From Vicugna vicugna (taxonomy: Eukaryota), in assembly GCA_013265495.1 (NCBI GenBank), contig MU057652.1, forward strand, positions 1-64,000: DNA of 64,000 nucleotides, written 5' to 3'. The first letter of the stretch is position 1. Each line of letters starts with the position of its first letter. Shown here one piece after another: positions 26,101 to 38,159 of the stretch. A program made the position numbers and the translations under genes. The notes beneath the pieces are model-generated. The model made no database searches. It was not told where the DNA came from and was given only the letters and a program-made list of their open reading frames with translations.

Positions 26101-27389
26101 ACAACTTCTTTTAAAATAGCGTTATCAGTGGTGAAAGCGTTGCCTTAGAAGAGATTTTCTTGCTTTAGATTTTGGTCTGTTTTTACAGTAAGCAAGTCAA
26201 GGTTTACGTCCAAATGTTTAAGTGCCTCTGTAGAGCTTCCTTAGTTGAGAACAAGCCTCAAGGAACTTGAGATAATGGCGCCTCCATTGGATCCAGAATG
26301 AAATGCACATAGTCAGTTGCTCCTTAATTTATTTCTCAAAACTTAATGAGGAAATCACTCAGAATCACTAGAAATTAGAGCGCATATCCCGAGACTCATA
26401 AAAACCTCATTCTCTGTCTCAAGAGTCAGATTCTGCCAGTCAGTGCCCAAAACCTACCCCTAGATGCCAACTTTAGAAGGTAAACTGGATGCTTCTGGGA
26501 AACTGCTTCTGATTTATCAAATCTTAGTTTGTCCCTCTGAACTGAAAATAGCATTTTTAAGCATCTCTAATGATGGTGAGGAATCTTTAATGGACGATTA
26601 ACGGATTCATAAGGCATGTCAGGGTTTCTATGGGGTATTTGAACAGTCATGAGAAATTCTACATAGTGGAACATCTCCCTGGCAAGTGTGAGGCCACATG
26701 GGAGGGCTGGAATTAACTAGATGGCTCCTGGTCAACCAGATGGAAACCGGGGTGCATAGAAGTTGATGTTACGTGCTCTGCTGAGGCCATCACTGCTCAT
26801 CACATGTCCAGTGATTTGAAGACTCAAAGCTGCTCGGGTCAAGACCTCCAGGATAACACCTGCAAGTCACGTGGATCAATGCCATCTGTTTCTAGAAGAT
26901 GCAGATGCCTTCACGGTTGACATCGTTTAACAAGATTGATGAACTCATCCATTGTCGATGTTGTGAACTGCGTTTTCATAGCCACCCCAACAGTCTTCTC
27001 CAATCACCTCCCCTGCTCAGACTCAATGGTGCATTGTGTCAGCAGTAAAACAACATTTTGATAGGAGAATTTTAAATTCTTGAAAAGCTTACACGAATGT
27101 ACCATAGCAGTTAAGACGGTCTGAATTCAGCAGAACACTCTCAATTTTGACAATCCGTTTGGCTCCTTCGTTTTAATTGAAGTATACTTGATTTACAATA
27201 TTGTGCTAGTTTCAGATCTACAATTTTGTTATTTTTAAAGCCTGGATCAGAGGAGTGAGGCATACTTATATATTTAAAGGAGCAGACAAAGCCATTTAGA
27301 AGCCGTAAGAAATGAAATGAAATGTTAAGTGCTAATATTTAAATATTGGCTTGAATCTGGTGTCAGCAATTTGTGTGTTTTATCTCCCT

Positions 27390-27540
27390 CAACACGACAA
27401 TATTCCTCTCTGGGGAGCACTGGTATTCCCCTAACTTTATATAGAAGGACACTGAGGTTGAGAGAGTCTAGGCAATTTGCTAAGTGTCCACTTACATTCA
27501 TCTAAAGCTCAGGATTATAATCTCTGTCCCTTTCTGATTC
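27390..27540 (-). mobile_element. MIR SINE relic
   Basis: tattcccctaactttatatagaaggacactgaggttgagagagtctaggcaatttgc resembles antisense MIR core. Confidence 0.45.
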
Positions 27541-27790
27541 CTTTTGTTTACATTTTAAATTTAAACAATGACCATATTCACTTGTGCACTCATTCATTCC
27601 CAGTTTAGGATCGTCCATCATACATGGCATCTCTGTCACTGAAGCCACGTTCATTCCTGTGATTTTTTTTCAGTCACATCCCTTCACGTGTAAAATCAGG
27701 GGTTAACCCTGCGCTGGTGGAGAAAGCACAGAGAACACACGTATGGAGAAACGCAGACTCTGCCCCGGGGTGTCCACCAGTCAGTGGGAG

Positions 27791-28112
27791 AGACAGAAGA
27801 CCAGAAACATGGCGCAGCGTGGTCAGTGCTGCAACAGGGGGGAGAAATGCACAGCGGAGGGTGACAAGGTGTCAGCGCCTGGAGGCTAGGAGGCTGTCCC
27901 CGTGGAGGGGGTGATGGGAAAATCTGCACACTGCAGCTGCACGGTATGCAAAGACAGAAGACCAGAAACATGGCGCAGCGTGGTCAGTGCTACAACAGGG
28001 GGGAGAAATGCACAGCGGAGAGTGACAAGGTGTCAGTGCCTGGAGGCTAGGAGGCTGTCCCCGCGGAGGGGGTGATGGGAAAATCTGCACACTGCAGCTG
28101 CACGGTATGCAA
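27791..28112. repeat. Tandem duplication, 161-bp GC-rich unit x2
   Basis: 27791-27951 is repeated at 27952-28112 with four transitions. Confidence 0.95.
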
Positions 28113-28467
28113 TCAATATGCTTTCAAAGACTCTAGGATGGGAGCTGAGAAGGGGCTTGTTTAAAGAGAGCAGTTCATTTCTGTGATAAAAAAAAACAAA
28201 CCCAAAAAATTATCCCTTAAATACAGCTGGGTTGACAAATGCCTTTTATGAATGGTCATTTTGATTACCAAGAGCTGAGGGAGAAAAAAAATGAATATTT
28301 GCACAAACAAGAAGCATATGGATTTCCAAGCCTTAACTCAGAAGCTTACTCAAATCCAGCATTTCTATTTTTTTTTTTTAATCTGACTATCATCTTTCTT
28401 TTGAACATCAACCAATCTCACATTTCCTAGGGGCATGATGAGCTGGACAAGTTTCCCATCATGGCGG

Positions 28468-28890
28468 TGTACTCGTCACGATTCTGGAGAGAAACAAAAC
28501 CAATAGGATGTGAAAATATATGGAGGATGATGGAGACTGGCACATCTCAAGGTCCGTGGGGTCAGTCAGCGAGCTGGAGACCCAAGAGAGTGGATGGTGT
28601 AATTCCAGTCCAGGTCTGAGGACAGAAAAATGTCATTGTCCCCGTCGGAAGGCAGTCAGGCAGGAGGCATTCCTTCTCACTCAGGGCAGGGCAGGTGTTC
28701 TAGTCACACCTTCCATGGATTGAGTGAGGACCCCCCACGCCAGGGAGGGGGATCTGGTTTACCGAGTCCACCCATGTAGATGTTAACCTCATGCAGAAAC
28801 ACCCTTACCTTAGGAACCCTCTAGAATGAAGTTTGACCAAATATCTGGGCACCATGGCCCAGTCAGGTTGACACCTTATACTAACCATCG
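28468..28890 (-). mobile_element. MLT2 (ERVL) LTR
   Basis: ggagagaaacaaaaccaataggat, gagctggagaccca, gaccaaatatctgggcaccatggcccagtcaggttgacac...taaccatc is the reverse complement of MLT2-type text. Confidence 0.85.
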
Positions 28891-29432
28891 TGAAGAGACT
28901 CTCAAAGTGTAGTCCTGGTGCGAGGTAGTTAGGTGAGTCGGGGCATTGGGAAGACAGGTGGAGGAGAGGGAGGAGGGTCCAAAAGATGGCAATGTGCCCA
29001 TCTCCAGCATAAAGGGGCTTTATTTTCTCTAAATGCGTGCGGGCAAGAAACTGGTTAGGACCTGTGCAGTAGAAGCAAGGACTCACCAGACGTGACCCAG
29101 TGCTCATTGTGATATAATTAGCATTGCAGGTTAGCCCCCCACAATGGACATGCACAAAGGGGACGAGCATGAGTAAGTGCTCCAGGGGCAAGAGCTGGCA
29201 ATCAATCAAGGGACCGCCTCTAAGTGAGGGTATAAGAGAAGGGGCCAGTAAGGACCATTACTCTCCCCTCTTGTATCAGCCCCATCTCCCGTGCTTGGAG
29301 GTGTGTTTTCCTTTTACTAAATGAAACCCTTCAAATCTTTCATTGGACAATGCTGCTGTCTCCCATCTGAATTCTTCTCTTTCAGGTAAGACAAGAACTG
29401 GGGTTCTTTCCCTTTTCCTTTTGGGGGTAACT
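28891..29432 (+). mobile_element. ERV1-class LTR abutting the MLT2 end
   Basis: Starts TGAAGAG; TATA-like ggtataaga near 29230; U5-like gaattcttctctttc...aagacaagaac...ggtaac end. Confidence 0.65.
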
Positions 29433-29479
29433 CTGAGACCAATTCATCCAGGGACCTTTTAGACATGCATTTTTTGAAA

Positions 29480-29590
29480 CCCCATCTTAAGGTGATGGAC
29501 TCATAAACTCTGGGGATGGTGCACAGCAAGCTGTATATTAACCAGCTCTCCGTGTGATTCTGGTGCAACCTGATGATTGCCATCCAACGG
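29480..29590. mobile_element. MER5A-like hAT-Charlie relic
   Basis: aactctggggatggtgcacagcaagctgtatattaaccagctctccgtgtgattctggtgca resembles MER5A. Confidence 0.5.
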
Positions 29591-30487
29591 CAACACTGTT
29601 AATTCTCTAAGGTGTAATTCACTCCCACTGATACGCACTTGGTCAGAGAGAAGGTTACAAATTGGGGGTGTTTTGTTCAGCTCGTACCTGCACTAGGAGA
29701 ACGGGGTGTGGATTTTTCATCTCAAGGAGTTGAAGCATCTATTATTTAGAAAGAATAAATTTCAAGGTGCTTATTTAATATGCCACTAATAGGAAGTTTT
29801 GAGGACAGCCAGTAAGCAAGCCACCGTGTTTTTTGCACTTCATGCTAGAGCACGTAGATGGTGCATTTGGAGTCACAGTACTGTTGTCTCATCCCAAGGC
29901 CACCACATATCCGAGGATGCTGCGTCTGGGGCATCACGTGTGCTCTCTGAGCTTTGATCTTTTATGCTGCCACTTGCACAAATACTGTCAGTCCTTTTCT
30001 GCCTCAGATATTTGTCTGAGGATAAAATGAGAAAAAAAAAAAGATAAATAAGCCAAATCTTTTGACACATGGAAAGCACCAAGAAATACATAAGAAGAGA
30101 CAGGCTACGTTTGAAGTGCGGCATTTTGAAGAAGAAGTATCACAAGAAAGAGTGGAAGAGAAAGGATCGGAGTTACAAAAAGCAGCAGAAGATAATTAAG
30201 TGACTTTTTATGAATATTCCCCTCATCCTGAACCATCTGTCACTGGGAGATGGAGGTGGCAAAAGGGACAAATAAGTAGGTCTCCATGAGGTCTTCAGTT
30301 CTAGTTATTTACACATGAAATTGACTGGAAGCAGAGGGGAAGCCAACTGATTCTTAAGAAAATGAATTAGGAGATTGAAAATAACCCCACGCACAGATAA
30401 TCACGCAGGCCGGCAATTGTGGTCAGGTCTAGAGAGAGCTGATTTCTGCTGAAGCTGTGCAAGCAGATCTTGGTGTGAGGGCTGAAG

Positions 30488-30999
30488 TGAGGCAGGAAGC
30501 CCCATGAAAAAAATGGCAGGACCCCCAGGCAGGGCCACTAGCCACCTGCCAGCACACCCGGTTCCCTGGCCCAGTGGCATTATCTCGCCTTTTAAACTCT
30601 GAAGTGGCTTACTTCTGGGAAAGCAGAACTTATCCCTAAGATTCTATTGGTTCCCTGAGCTAACTCCTGATTGGTCCATTTCCCTCACTCCTGATTGGTC
30701 CATTTCCCTCACTCCTGATTGGTCCATTTCTCTCACTCCTGATTGGTCCATTTCTATAAAGCTTATTCCTAATTAGTCACTTTTGTTACACCTTATTTGC
30801 ATATGATGTTGCAAAGTCTAGACTGGCAGCTGATAAAAGCCTGTGTAAACCTACCGACGGGGTCCAGAGCTTGGAGTGTTAACTCCTCTGGGCCTGCTGA
30901 CATAATAAACCTGAGTTCTCCAACCCTCCGAGTGCTGCTTGGTCTCTCACCTGGATCCAGGTTGCTGTCACAACTGAGCTGTGACACTTTGCTGCAACA
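30488..30999 (+). mobile_element. ERV1-class solo LTR with perfect 4-bp TSD
   Basis: TG (30488) to CA (30999); GAAG at 30484-30487 and 31000-31003; AATAAA near 30905. Confidence 0.9.
30646..30802 (+). promoter_or_regulatory. LTR U3 array of five inverted CCAAT boxes at 24-bp spacing plus an octamer
   Basis: ATTGG at 30646, 30670, 30694, 30718, 30742; ATTTGCAT at 30795-30802. Function is inferred from motifs only. Confidence 0.6.
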
Positions 31000-31399
31000 G
31001 AAGAGCCTCATGGGAGGATGCTTATCTCCCAAGGTCCAACACAGGTGTGGATACTGGTGATCATAGACTGTGGTCAAGGCTGCTCTTTCCAGACAGCCAG
31101 AGTCTCCCCATCTCCATCCTGGAGCTTTGGACCTCGGGTCTGCTGGAGTAGAGTTGTCCAGGCTTCCTGGTAGACCTAGTGAAAACAGAACTCCTGCTAG
31201 TAATGCTAGTATTAATAACAAAGTGCTTCCACACAGTGGGGTTGATAGGCTGTCATTAAGCTTAAGATTATGCATAATTATAGATAAGACTTCAAGTTGA
31301 TGGCAAAGTGGATAGACTTCAGGGTAATATTCTCCTTGGAGACATGAGAATATTCAATGTCAAGGGACACAGGTTTTATATATAGGCAATATTTAGATA

Positions 31400-32390
31400 A
31401 AGTGAGACAAAAGTGTATAAATACATAAGTCCATCTCTATACAGATTTCTTTGGAGAACTCTGATTAATAGAGATTTTTGATACTGAGAGTGATTTGAGA
31501 GATACAGAATGTTGAGCTTTCTGAGTTAGTTCCCAAATTTCTGGAATGTGTTCTTTAACCTGATTAGGTTTAATTATTCTGATGACTCTACTTTTAATAG
31601 AAAAGAGAACTCAGATAATCCAAGATTTGATCCAGCAACAGATAACACAAAATACTTGCATTTTCTTCTAAGCTGGAGCTGAGTGACTCTGCATCTGATA
31701 CATTTGAGCTTTTTTTTTTTTTTTTGGAAAACCAACAAATACTATAATGTTGGCTGGTTGTTCCTAATGTCTTTGGAAAGTCTTGCACGAAGAGGGTGAG
31801 CTCAGGGGTTCACTTGCCCAACTCAAGTGCCACAGAGTTGACCTCAGATCTCCTCTGTCTGCCCTGAGAGAGACTCTTATCTCCTGTAGTCACGGGGCTG
31901 AAATGATAGAAAACCAAAAGCAAAATCTCACCCTATGAATGGCTGAATTACAGGTGCCAGCCTTGCAGGGTGTCCACTGTTATGGTGAAGGCATTGACTG
32001 GGAAAGAATGGGATTTTTCAAGTTGAGTTCGTAACACGTGGGAAGACCAGAATGAAGCTCAGAACATTGAGTACCCAAATTCTGAGGAATCATTTTTTGC
32101 TGGTGAAGGAAGTCTCCCAACTCTAGTGGAAGAGGTTTCCCCAGTCCAGTGATGTTGGCCTCTCTACCTCCATCTGAAGGGATTAACCTTGTGTTGCCTG
32201 AGAAAACTGTGGTGGCCTCCCCTGAAGTAATTTCCATGAAAGACACTGTTGATTGTCCTCATGACCCATCCCCACCACTCCCTGCTTCTCCTTATGAAAC
32301 CCGACTCAAGTTCCAGCAGGCGCCTCATGGTGAGGAGCAATGAGAAAGTGTGTTATACTCCAAAAGAACCACTAGAATCCGTTAATGTAG
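31400..32390 (+). mobile_element. MLT2 LTR 3' end followed by degraded ERVL internal (gag-region) sequence
   Basis: tttctttggagaactctgattaataga (LTR end), then gatttttgatactgagagt and ERVL-int text (ggcattgactgggaaagaatgggat, gattaaccttgtgttgcctgag, gactcaagttccagcagg). Confidence 0.75.
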
Positions 32391-32397
32391 ACAGACA

Positions 32398-33372
32398 CAC
32401 ATTTTTTATGGCTGAATAGTATTCCATAGTATAAATAAACTACTACTTCTTTATCCAATCATCTGTCAATGGACATTTAGGCCATTTCCATGTCTTAGTT
32501 ATTGTAAATAGTGCTGCTATGAACATTGGGGTGCATGTACCTTTTTGAATTAGATTTTCCCCAAGATATATGCTCAAGAGTGGGAATCCTGGGCCATAGA
32601 AAAGTCTATTTTCAGGTTTTTTAAGGAAACTTCACACTATTTTCCATAATGATTGCACCAAACTGCATTCCCACCAGCAGTGAAGGAGGGTTCACTTTTC
32701 TTCACAGCCTCTCCAGCATTTATCATTTATGGACTTTTGAATGATGTCCATTCTTTCTGGTGTGAGGTGATACCTCACTGTAGTTTTGCTTTGCATTTCT
32801 CTGATCGTTAGCGACACTGAACATTTTTTCATGTGACTATTGGCCATTTGTCAGTCTTCATTGGAGAAACGTTTGCTTAGATCTTCTGTTTTTGGACTGA
32901 GCTTTTTTTTCTTTATTGAGTTACATGAGCTGTTTATATATTCTAGAGATTAAGCCTTTGTCAGCTGCATCATTTGCAAATATTTTCTCCCATTCATAGG
33001 TTGTCTATTCATTTTATTTTTGGTGTCCTTTGCTGTGCATGAACTTATAAGTTTAATTACACCCCATTGTTTATTCTTGCTTTTATTTCTATTGCCTGGG
33101 AAGACTGCCCTAGTATAACATTGCTAAGATTTATGTCAGAGAATGTTTTGCCTATGTTTTCTTCTAGAATGTTTATGGTGTCTTGTCTTATGTTTAAGTA
33201 TTTAAGCCATTTTGAGTTTATTTTTGTGTATAGTGTGAGGGAGGTTTCAATTTAATTGATTTACATACACCTGACCAGCTTTCCCAACACCACTTGTCAA
33301 AGAGACTGTCTTTTCTCCACTGTACATTCTTACCTCCTTTGTTGAAGATGAATTGACCATAGGTCTGTGAGT
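32398..33372 (-). mobile_element. L1 ORF2 3' portion
   Basis: Well-preserved antisense L1 (ttttatggctgaatagtattcc, ggtgtgaggtgatacctcac, catttgcaaatattttctcccattc). Confidence 0.9.
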
Positions 33373-33786
33373 GGTTAATAGTAATTTTGATTTTGGTATA
33401 ACAAAATTTAGTTTTTTTTCTTCTAATGATAATGAAATAACAAATGTAGAAGCCACTTTAGTCTATCTTGAATTCATTGTGTTAAAATAAGTTACCTACA
33501 CTGAAAAGTCTTTCCAGCTGGCATGTCAGGAAACCAAATATCCATTTGTGTAACAGTCACAGCAGAAGGATACAGATTTGCTCACAGACATCCAAGTTGA
33601 TTTCATTTTTATTTTCAACATTTATGAAATACATTTTGAATACGATAATAGAGCCTAAGGCTGGTATTTTTGCAAAAATTTCTAACGCAGAGCAAAATTT
33701 AATTGTTCATTGTGGGACATAATTATAATAATAATTTTTAACTCATTTTTAATAGAATGTTTGATAAAATCTGAAGGTGATGAAGA

Positions 33787-33852
33787 AAGGAAGGAAGGAA
33801 GGAAGGAAGGAAGGAAGGAAGGAAGGAAGGAAGGAAGGAAGGAAGGAAGGAA
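33787..33852. repeat. (GGAA)n microsatellite, about 16 units
   Basis: Read directly from the sequence. Confidence 0.95.
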
Positions 33853-34084
33853 TGGCTATCTGCACCATGATCTCACTCATTCTGTCCAGAGTCATTCATA
33901 TAAACTTTGTTTTACTTCATCTTTATTTTAATAACTTCAGATTTGTCATGTCATTTTTTTAAGGGATAATAGACACTTATTTCATTCAAGTTAGAGAATT
34001 AGCAAAGGGCAGGATGGGTGTCTGAGTTAATAATCGCCATGTTTCATGTCTACATTCTTCTTCTATTCATGTATGTATTTATGT

Positions 34085-34252
34085 ATTTATTTTATTGAAG
34101 TACAGTCAGTTGACAATTTTGTGCCAATTTCTGGTGTACAGCATAATAGTTACATCATTCATATACATACATATATTCCTTTTCATGTTCTTCTTCATTA
34201 TAGGTTCCTACAAGACATTGAATATAGTTCCCTGTGCTACACAGAAGAAACG
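34085..34252 (-). mobile_element. Truncated camelid-type L1 3' end
   Basis: ttttattgaagtacagtcagttgacaat...gaatatagttccctgtgctacacagaagaaa. Confidence 0.85.
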
Positions 34253-35301
34253 TGTGTCATTCTTCTTTTAAAATCCTGCCTAGCTGTCACTGAGTCTGAG
34301 AATGTATCTTTTGATTGCTCTTAATGTGCATTCAAGTTAATTCTAAAACCATCATGGGAGTCTTCCCTTTCTCAGAGAAAACCTAATGGATTTTAGAACA
34401 ATCAGATTTGCCCCAAAGAGAATTTATGGTGAGTCATTGTCTTTGAGGAACACTCCTTGCCGACTCTTTTCTTCAAATATTTCACTAGCTTCTTAGAAGC
34501 CTTGTGATTATGTCTTCTAAATCATCAGTTCCCCATTAAAGGAAGTAGTGTCTCTGGAAATAGCATGACAGCATTTTTTCCAACAATTCTAATGGGATGG
34601 AGGAATCATCTGCAACAGATAAGACAAATTGATCTTCATGGTAACCTGGGTGAGGAGGTTAAATTCAGGACCCCCAGCGGTGTTTCAGCCAACACACGTT
34701 TTTTCCTGTTTTATGGGTCTGACACACACACGTCTTGACTCAACAGCTCACATGAACCGACTCTGTCCACACCCCATGCACACAACTCCCTTGACACTGA
34801 GGAATTGTCGATGTGGTCTGCCCTGGGTTCAGTGGATTTGGGGGACGCCCAAATAGACTTGGAATCTTCTGGTCTTGGCATTTTTGAGGTCATTGGTACA
34901 CAAAGGAATGTACTTTTTACATATGTGAAAATTCCTTAGAAAGTGTCTGTACTTCCTAAATTCAGAAGGCACGTGTTTGTCTTCTAAAAGACAAAAAGTC
35001 TTTAAAACAGTTTAAAGATATCTGGGTAATGCTTAATCTGGTTAAGAGCGGGTCTTCTGAAAAATGAGGTTTTCTACCGTTTGTCCTTTTAGAACTGAAT
35101 TTTACTAGAATGGAAAGTATGAATTCTTACATTTTATTCAAATTAAACCTTCAAATTATTCTTGGGTTCGAAATAATTTCATTAAAAAAATCAATCTGAG
35201 ATAAAACGTTATCAGCTTAAAGCATAGGCTTTACCATTTTGAAAGGAAGCTACAACGGTTTTGTGAGCATGATAAGGCCATAAAATTTAGGAATATGATA
35301 T

Positions 35302-35840
35302 TTATAACAAAAAACATTCTCTCTCTCTCTCTCTCTCTTTTTTAACAAAAATGAGCATAGAGCTACTCTAAGAACATCAATCACTTGGAGACATGCTGGG
35401 TGGGACCCGAGTATTCAGAAAGTTCAGAGCACTGATTTCTTAGCCAGGGATGAACTCAGTGGATGGCTAATTGGAGTTTGCTGCCTTTCTTTGCTTTCTG
35501 AATTGTGCCTGTGTTATTTCTAACCTCAAATTTGGCTCCCTCCAGTCATGCAGAGGGATTGTTACCATCACAGCATCTTACCACAAGACATGACTCATCA
35601 TGACCATTTTCCAATGATGAAAAACTCACACAGGTAGCAATATCCTTCTTTGCAGGTAAGATATCTTGTCCCTTGTAGGTCACATGCCCAGCATTACTGG
35701 TTTCCCAGCTGTCATGACATTAAAAGAATAGTTGTCAAAGACAGTGGGGGTGCGTTCTCCAGGCGTTGCATCAGATGTGTAACTGACTAACAGGCGGGTT
35801 TCACCCGCAGCCCTGTCTCTTAAGACGCACATCTGTTGGA
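35302..35840 (-). pseudogene. RAC1: Processed (intronless) RAC1 pseudogene, near full-length, heavily decayed
   Basis: Minus strand reads [49 protein letters not shown] (RAC1: [51 protein letters not shown]). It continues VSFSSLENGH (VSPASFENVR) and GAKFEVRNNTGTIQKAKK (GTKLDLRDDKDTIEKLKE). It ends GTT AAA AAA...TGT TTT TTG TTA TAA = VKK..CFLL* (RAC1 VKKRKRKCLLL*). Contains stops and frameshifts, no introns. Confidence 0.9.
35319..35338. repeat. (CT)10 microsatellite inside the RAC1 retrocopy
   Basis: Read directly; occupies the position of the RKRK codons. Confidence 0.9.
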
Positions 35841-36079
35841 GGTAGCTGGGTCCACTGCCCACATCACTTAACCTTGAGCTTATTGGAAGCCAAAGCTTGG
35901 TCACTGCCACAATCTAAACCTGGAGAAAGATAGAAAAAATACCTGTGAACATTAAAACATGTCAAAAGCATGACTACAGTCTGAAAAATTAGAAACTTAC
36001 TTAAAACGTAAAGAGATATGAACAGATAAGAACAGCTGTTAATAACTCATGTGCAAAGCACAAACACAAATGTAGAGCT

Positions 36080-36258
36080 GCAGTTCTCAGACTTTATTTT
36101 CCAAATAGTAGAGTCAGGGTGCCTGGTGATCTTGGAGACTCGAGCTTTACTCAAGGAGATTTTGACTGAGTGAGTGTGGGATGGATCCAGGAACTGCATT
36201 TCCACAAGCATCCCAGGACAACCTCAAACACATGGTCCAGATCACACCTTGAGAAACA
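36080..36258. mobile_element. MER5A-like hAT-Charlie element
   Basis: cagttctca...ggatggatccaggaactgcatttccacaagcatcccagg...cagatcacaccttgagaaac with terminal inverted similarity. Confidence 0.65.
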
Positions 36259-36919
36259 AGGAAGAAACAAAGAGATGGGATTTTGGTGATGATGTTGGTC
36301 TGATCTGTTCTCTGGGCCTCTGTGAGGGGTGACCAGTGCAGCTCAAAAGCCTGAGCCAGGTTTCCCTTCTTTTTATCTTGAATCTGCTGGTCCAAGACAT
36401 GTGGGCTTCCATTGTGGAAAACCTGGCCATATGCTCTAGGGCAATTATAAAATCAGGAAAGATTTCCTCTGACACAGGCTGAATTGACGTGTTATAAAAG
36501 CTGATATGCACCACTGACTTCATAAGAACTTTCTAGATATTTTGCAATTTGTGTAATGATTTTTTTTCCTTTGATTTTCTCATCTACATCATAAATATTT
36601 TGTGAAATGTATTCAGTTTGCCTGACAATCTTATAAAGCCTTTGGGAAAAGGAAAACATTGGGAAAAAATTGATACAAGTACTCTTTAAGTAAAGTATTT
36701 TTACAATAAAGTTGTAGCATTTTTTTAACAAAAAAACCCCAACAGACTCCCAAGGTAATATTTTCTCAGCATAGAACTTCTTGAGTTCTCAATTCAACCA
36801 TACCAGACCATGCAAAGCAAAAAACAAACTCAATGTATCTTTCAGCTAGTGTTAATATAGAAAGAATTTTAGGTTTTCTACAATTTTAAAAATCCTTTAT
36901 GTTAATCTTCTATGTTAGT

Positions 36920-38159
36920 ATGCAAAAGAATGAAGTTAGACCTCTTCTTTATAACATATACAATAATTAATTTAAAATGGAACAAAGACCTGAATGTGAG
37001 AATGAAAACTATAAAAACTCTTCAAAGAAAACATAACAGAAAACTTGTGAGACTGGATTTGGAGATGCTTTCTTGGCTATGATACCAAAAGCACAGGTTA
37101 AAAAAAAAAGAAAGAAAGAAAGAAAATAGATAAATTGGTCTTTATTAAAAATAGAAAAAAACAAACTCTTTGCAGCAAAGAACACTATGAAGAGAACGAA
37201 AAAACTTCCCCAGAATGGAGAAGAGATTTGTATATCATATGCATAACAGGGGATTAATAGCCAGAATATATAAAGAATTCCTACATTTCTAGAGCAACAG
37301 CAAAATCCCATCCAACTTAAAAGTGGGCAAATGATTGAAGCATTTTTTTAAAAAAAATAAGCATAGAAATGGCCAATAGGCAGATAAATACATGCTCAAC
37401 CTCACCAGTCATTTAGAAAGCACAAATCAAAGTCATAGCAAGGACGGTTCCATACTCATTAGGATGAGTGATATTTTTAAAAAAAAGATGAAAAGGGAAA
37501 TAACACGCATTGGTCAGATGTGGAGAAATTAGAACCTAGAAGCATTGCTGGTGGTGACGTAACATGGTCAGGTGTTGTGGAAAACAGGTGATTCCTGAAA
37601 AAGTTAAACCTGAAGTTGCTATGGGAACCAGGAATTCCACTTTTAGGTGTATAACCCAAAGAACTGAAAGCAGGGATTCCCCAAAATGCTTGGACATCAT
37701 GGTTCACGGCAGCGGTATTTATAGTAGTCAAAGGCTGGAGGGGAGCCAGGTCTCCATTCATAGATGAACGGGTAGACAGAATGAGATGAAATATTGTTCA
37801 GTCTTTAGAAGGAGGGACGTTCTGTTGCACAGGACACCGTGGATGAATCTTGGGAGACACTGTTGGCTGAAGCGAGCCAAGCACAAGAAGATAAATGTTA
37901 TGTGGTTGCATTACATGGGCTACCTAAATGGGTGGAATCATGGAGACCGATGGTGGAATGGAGCTTTCCTGGGGTTGTGAGAGAAGGAAATGGGGAGGTG
38001 GGATGTGTGAGTGTGGGGTTCAGTTTGGGATGACGAAAGGGTTCCAGAAATGGGTTGTTGATGGTGGTGGCACAACACGGTGTGTATGCTCGGTGTTGCC
38101 GAATGACACACTTAAAGTGGTGAACTTATGAATGACACACTTAAAATGGTGAACTTATG
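36920..38159 (+). mobile_element. L1MB/MC-like ORF2 end and 3' UTR
   Basis: aatggaacaaagacctgaatgtgaga, ccagaatatataaagaattcc, acacttaaaatggt; ends in a 29-bp tandem duplication (38101-38159). Confidence 0.8.

Noticed and set aside
27696..28090. Pro/Cys-rich duplicated ORFs
   Set aside because: Products of a GC-rich 161-bp duplication; no homology or splice structure that I can support.
30793..31300. 160-aa signal-peptide-like ORF and overlapping ORFs
   Set aside because: They run across an LTR boundary and TSD into other repeat-like sequence; chance open frames.
28468..32390. Single intact provirus
   Set aside because: The LTRs belong to different families and orientations, one has its own TSD, and the ERVL interior is short and full of stops.
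35680..35910. Functional small GTPase gene
   Set aside because: The P-loop is destroyed, there is an in-frame stop at the Trp56 position, and downstream frameshifts follow; it is a pseudogene.
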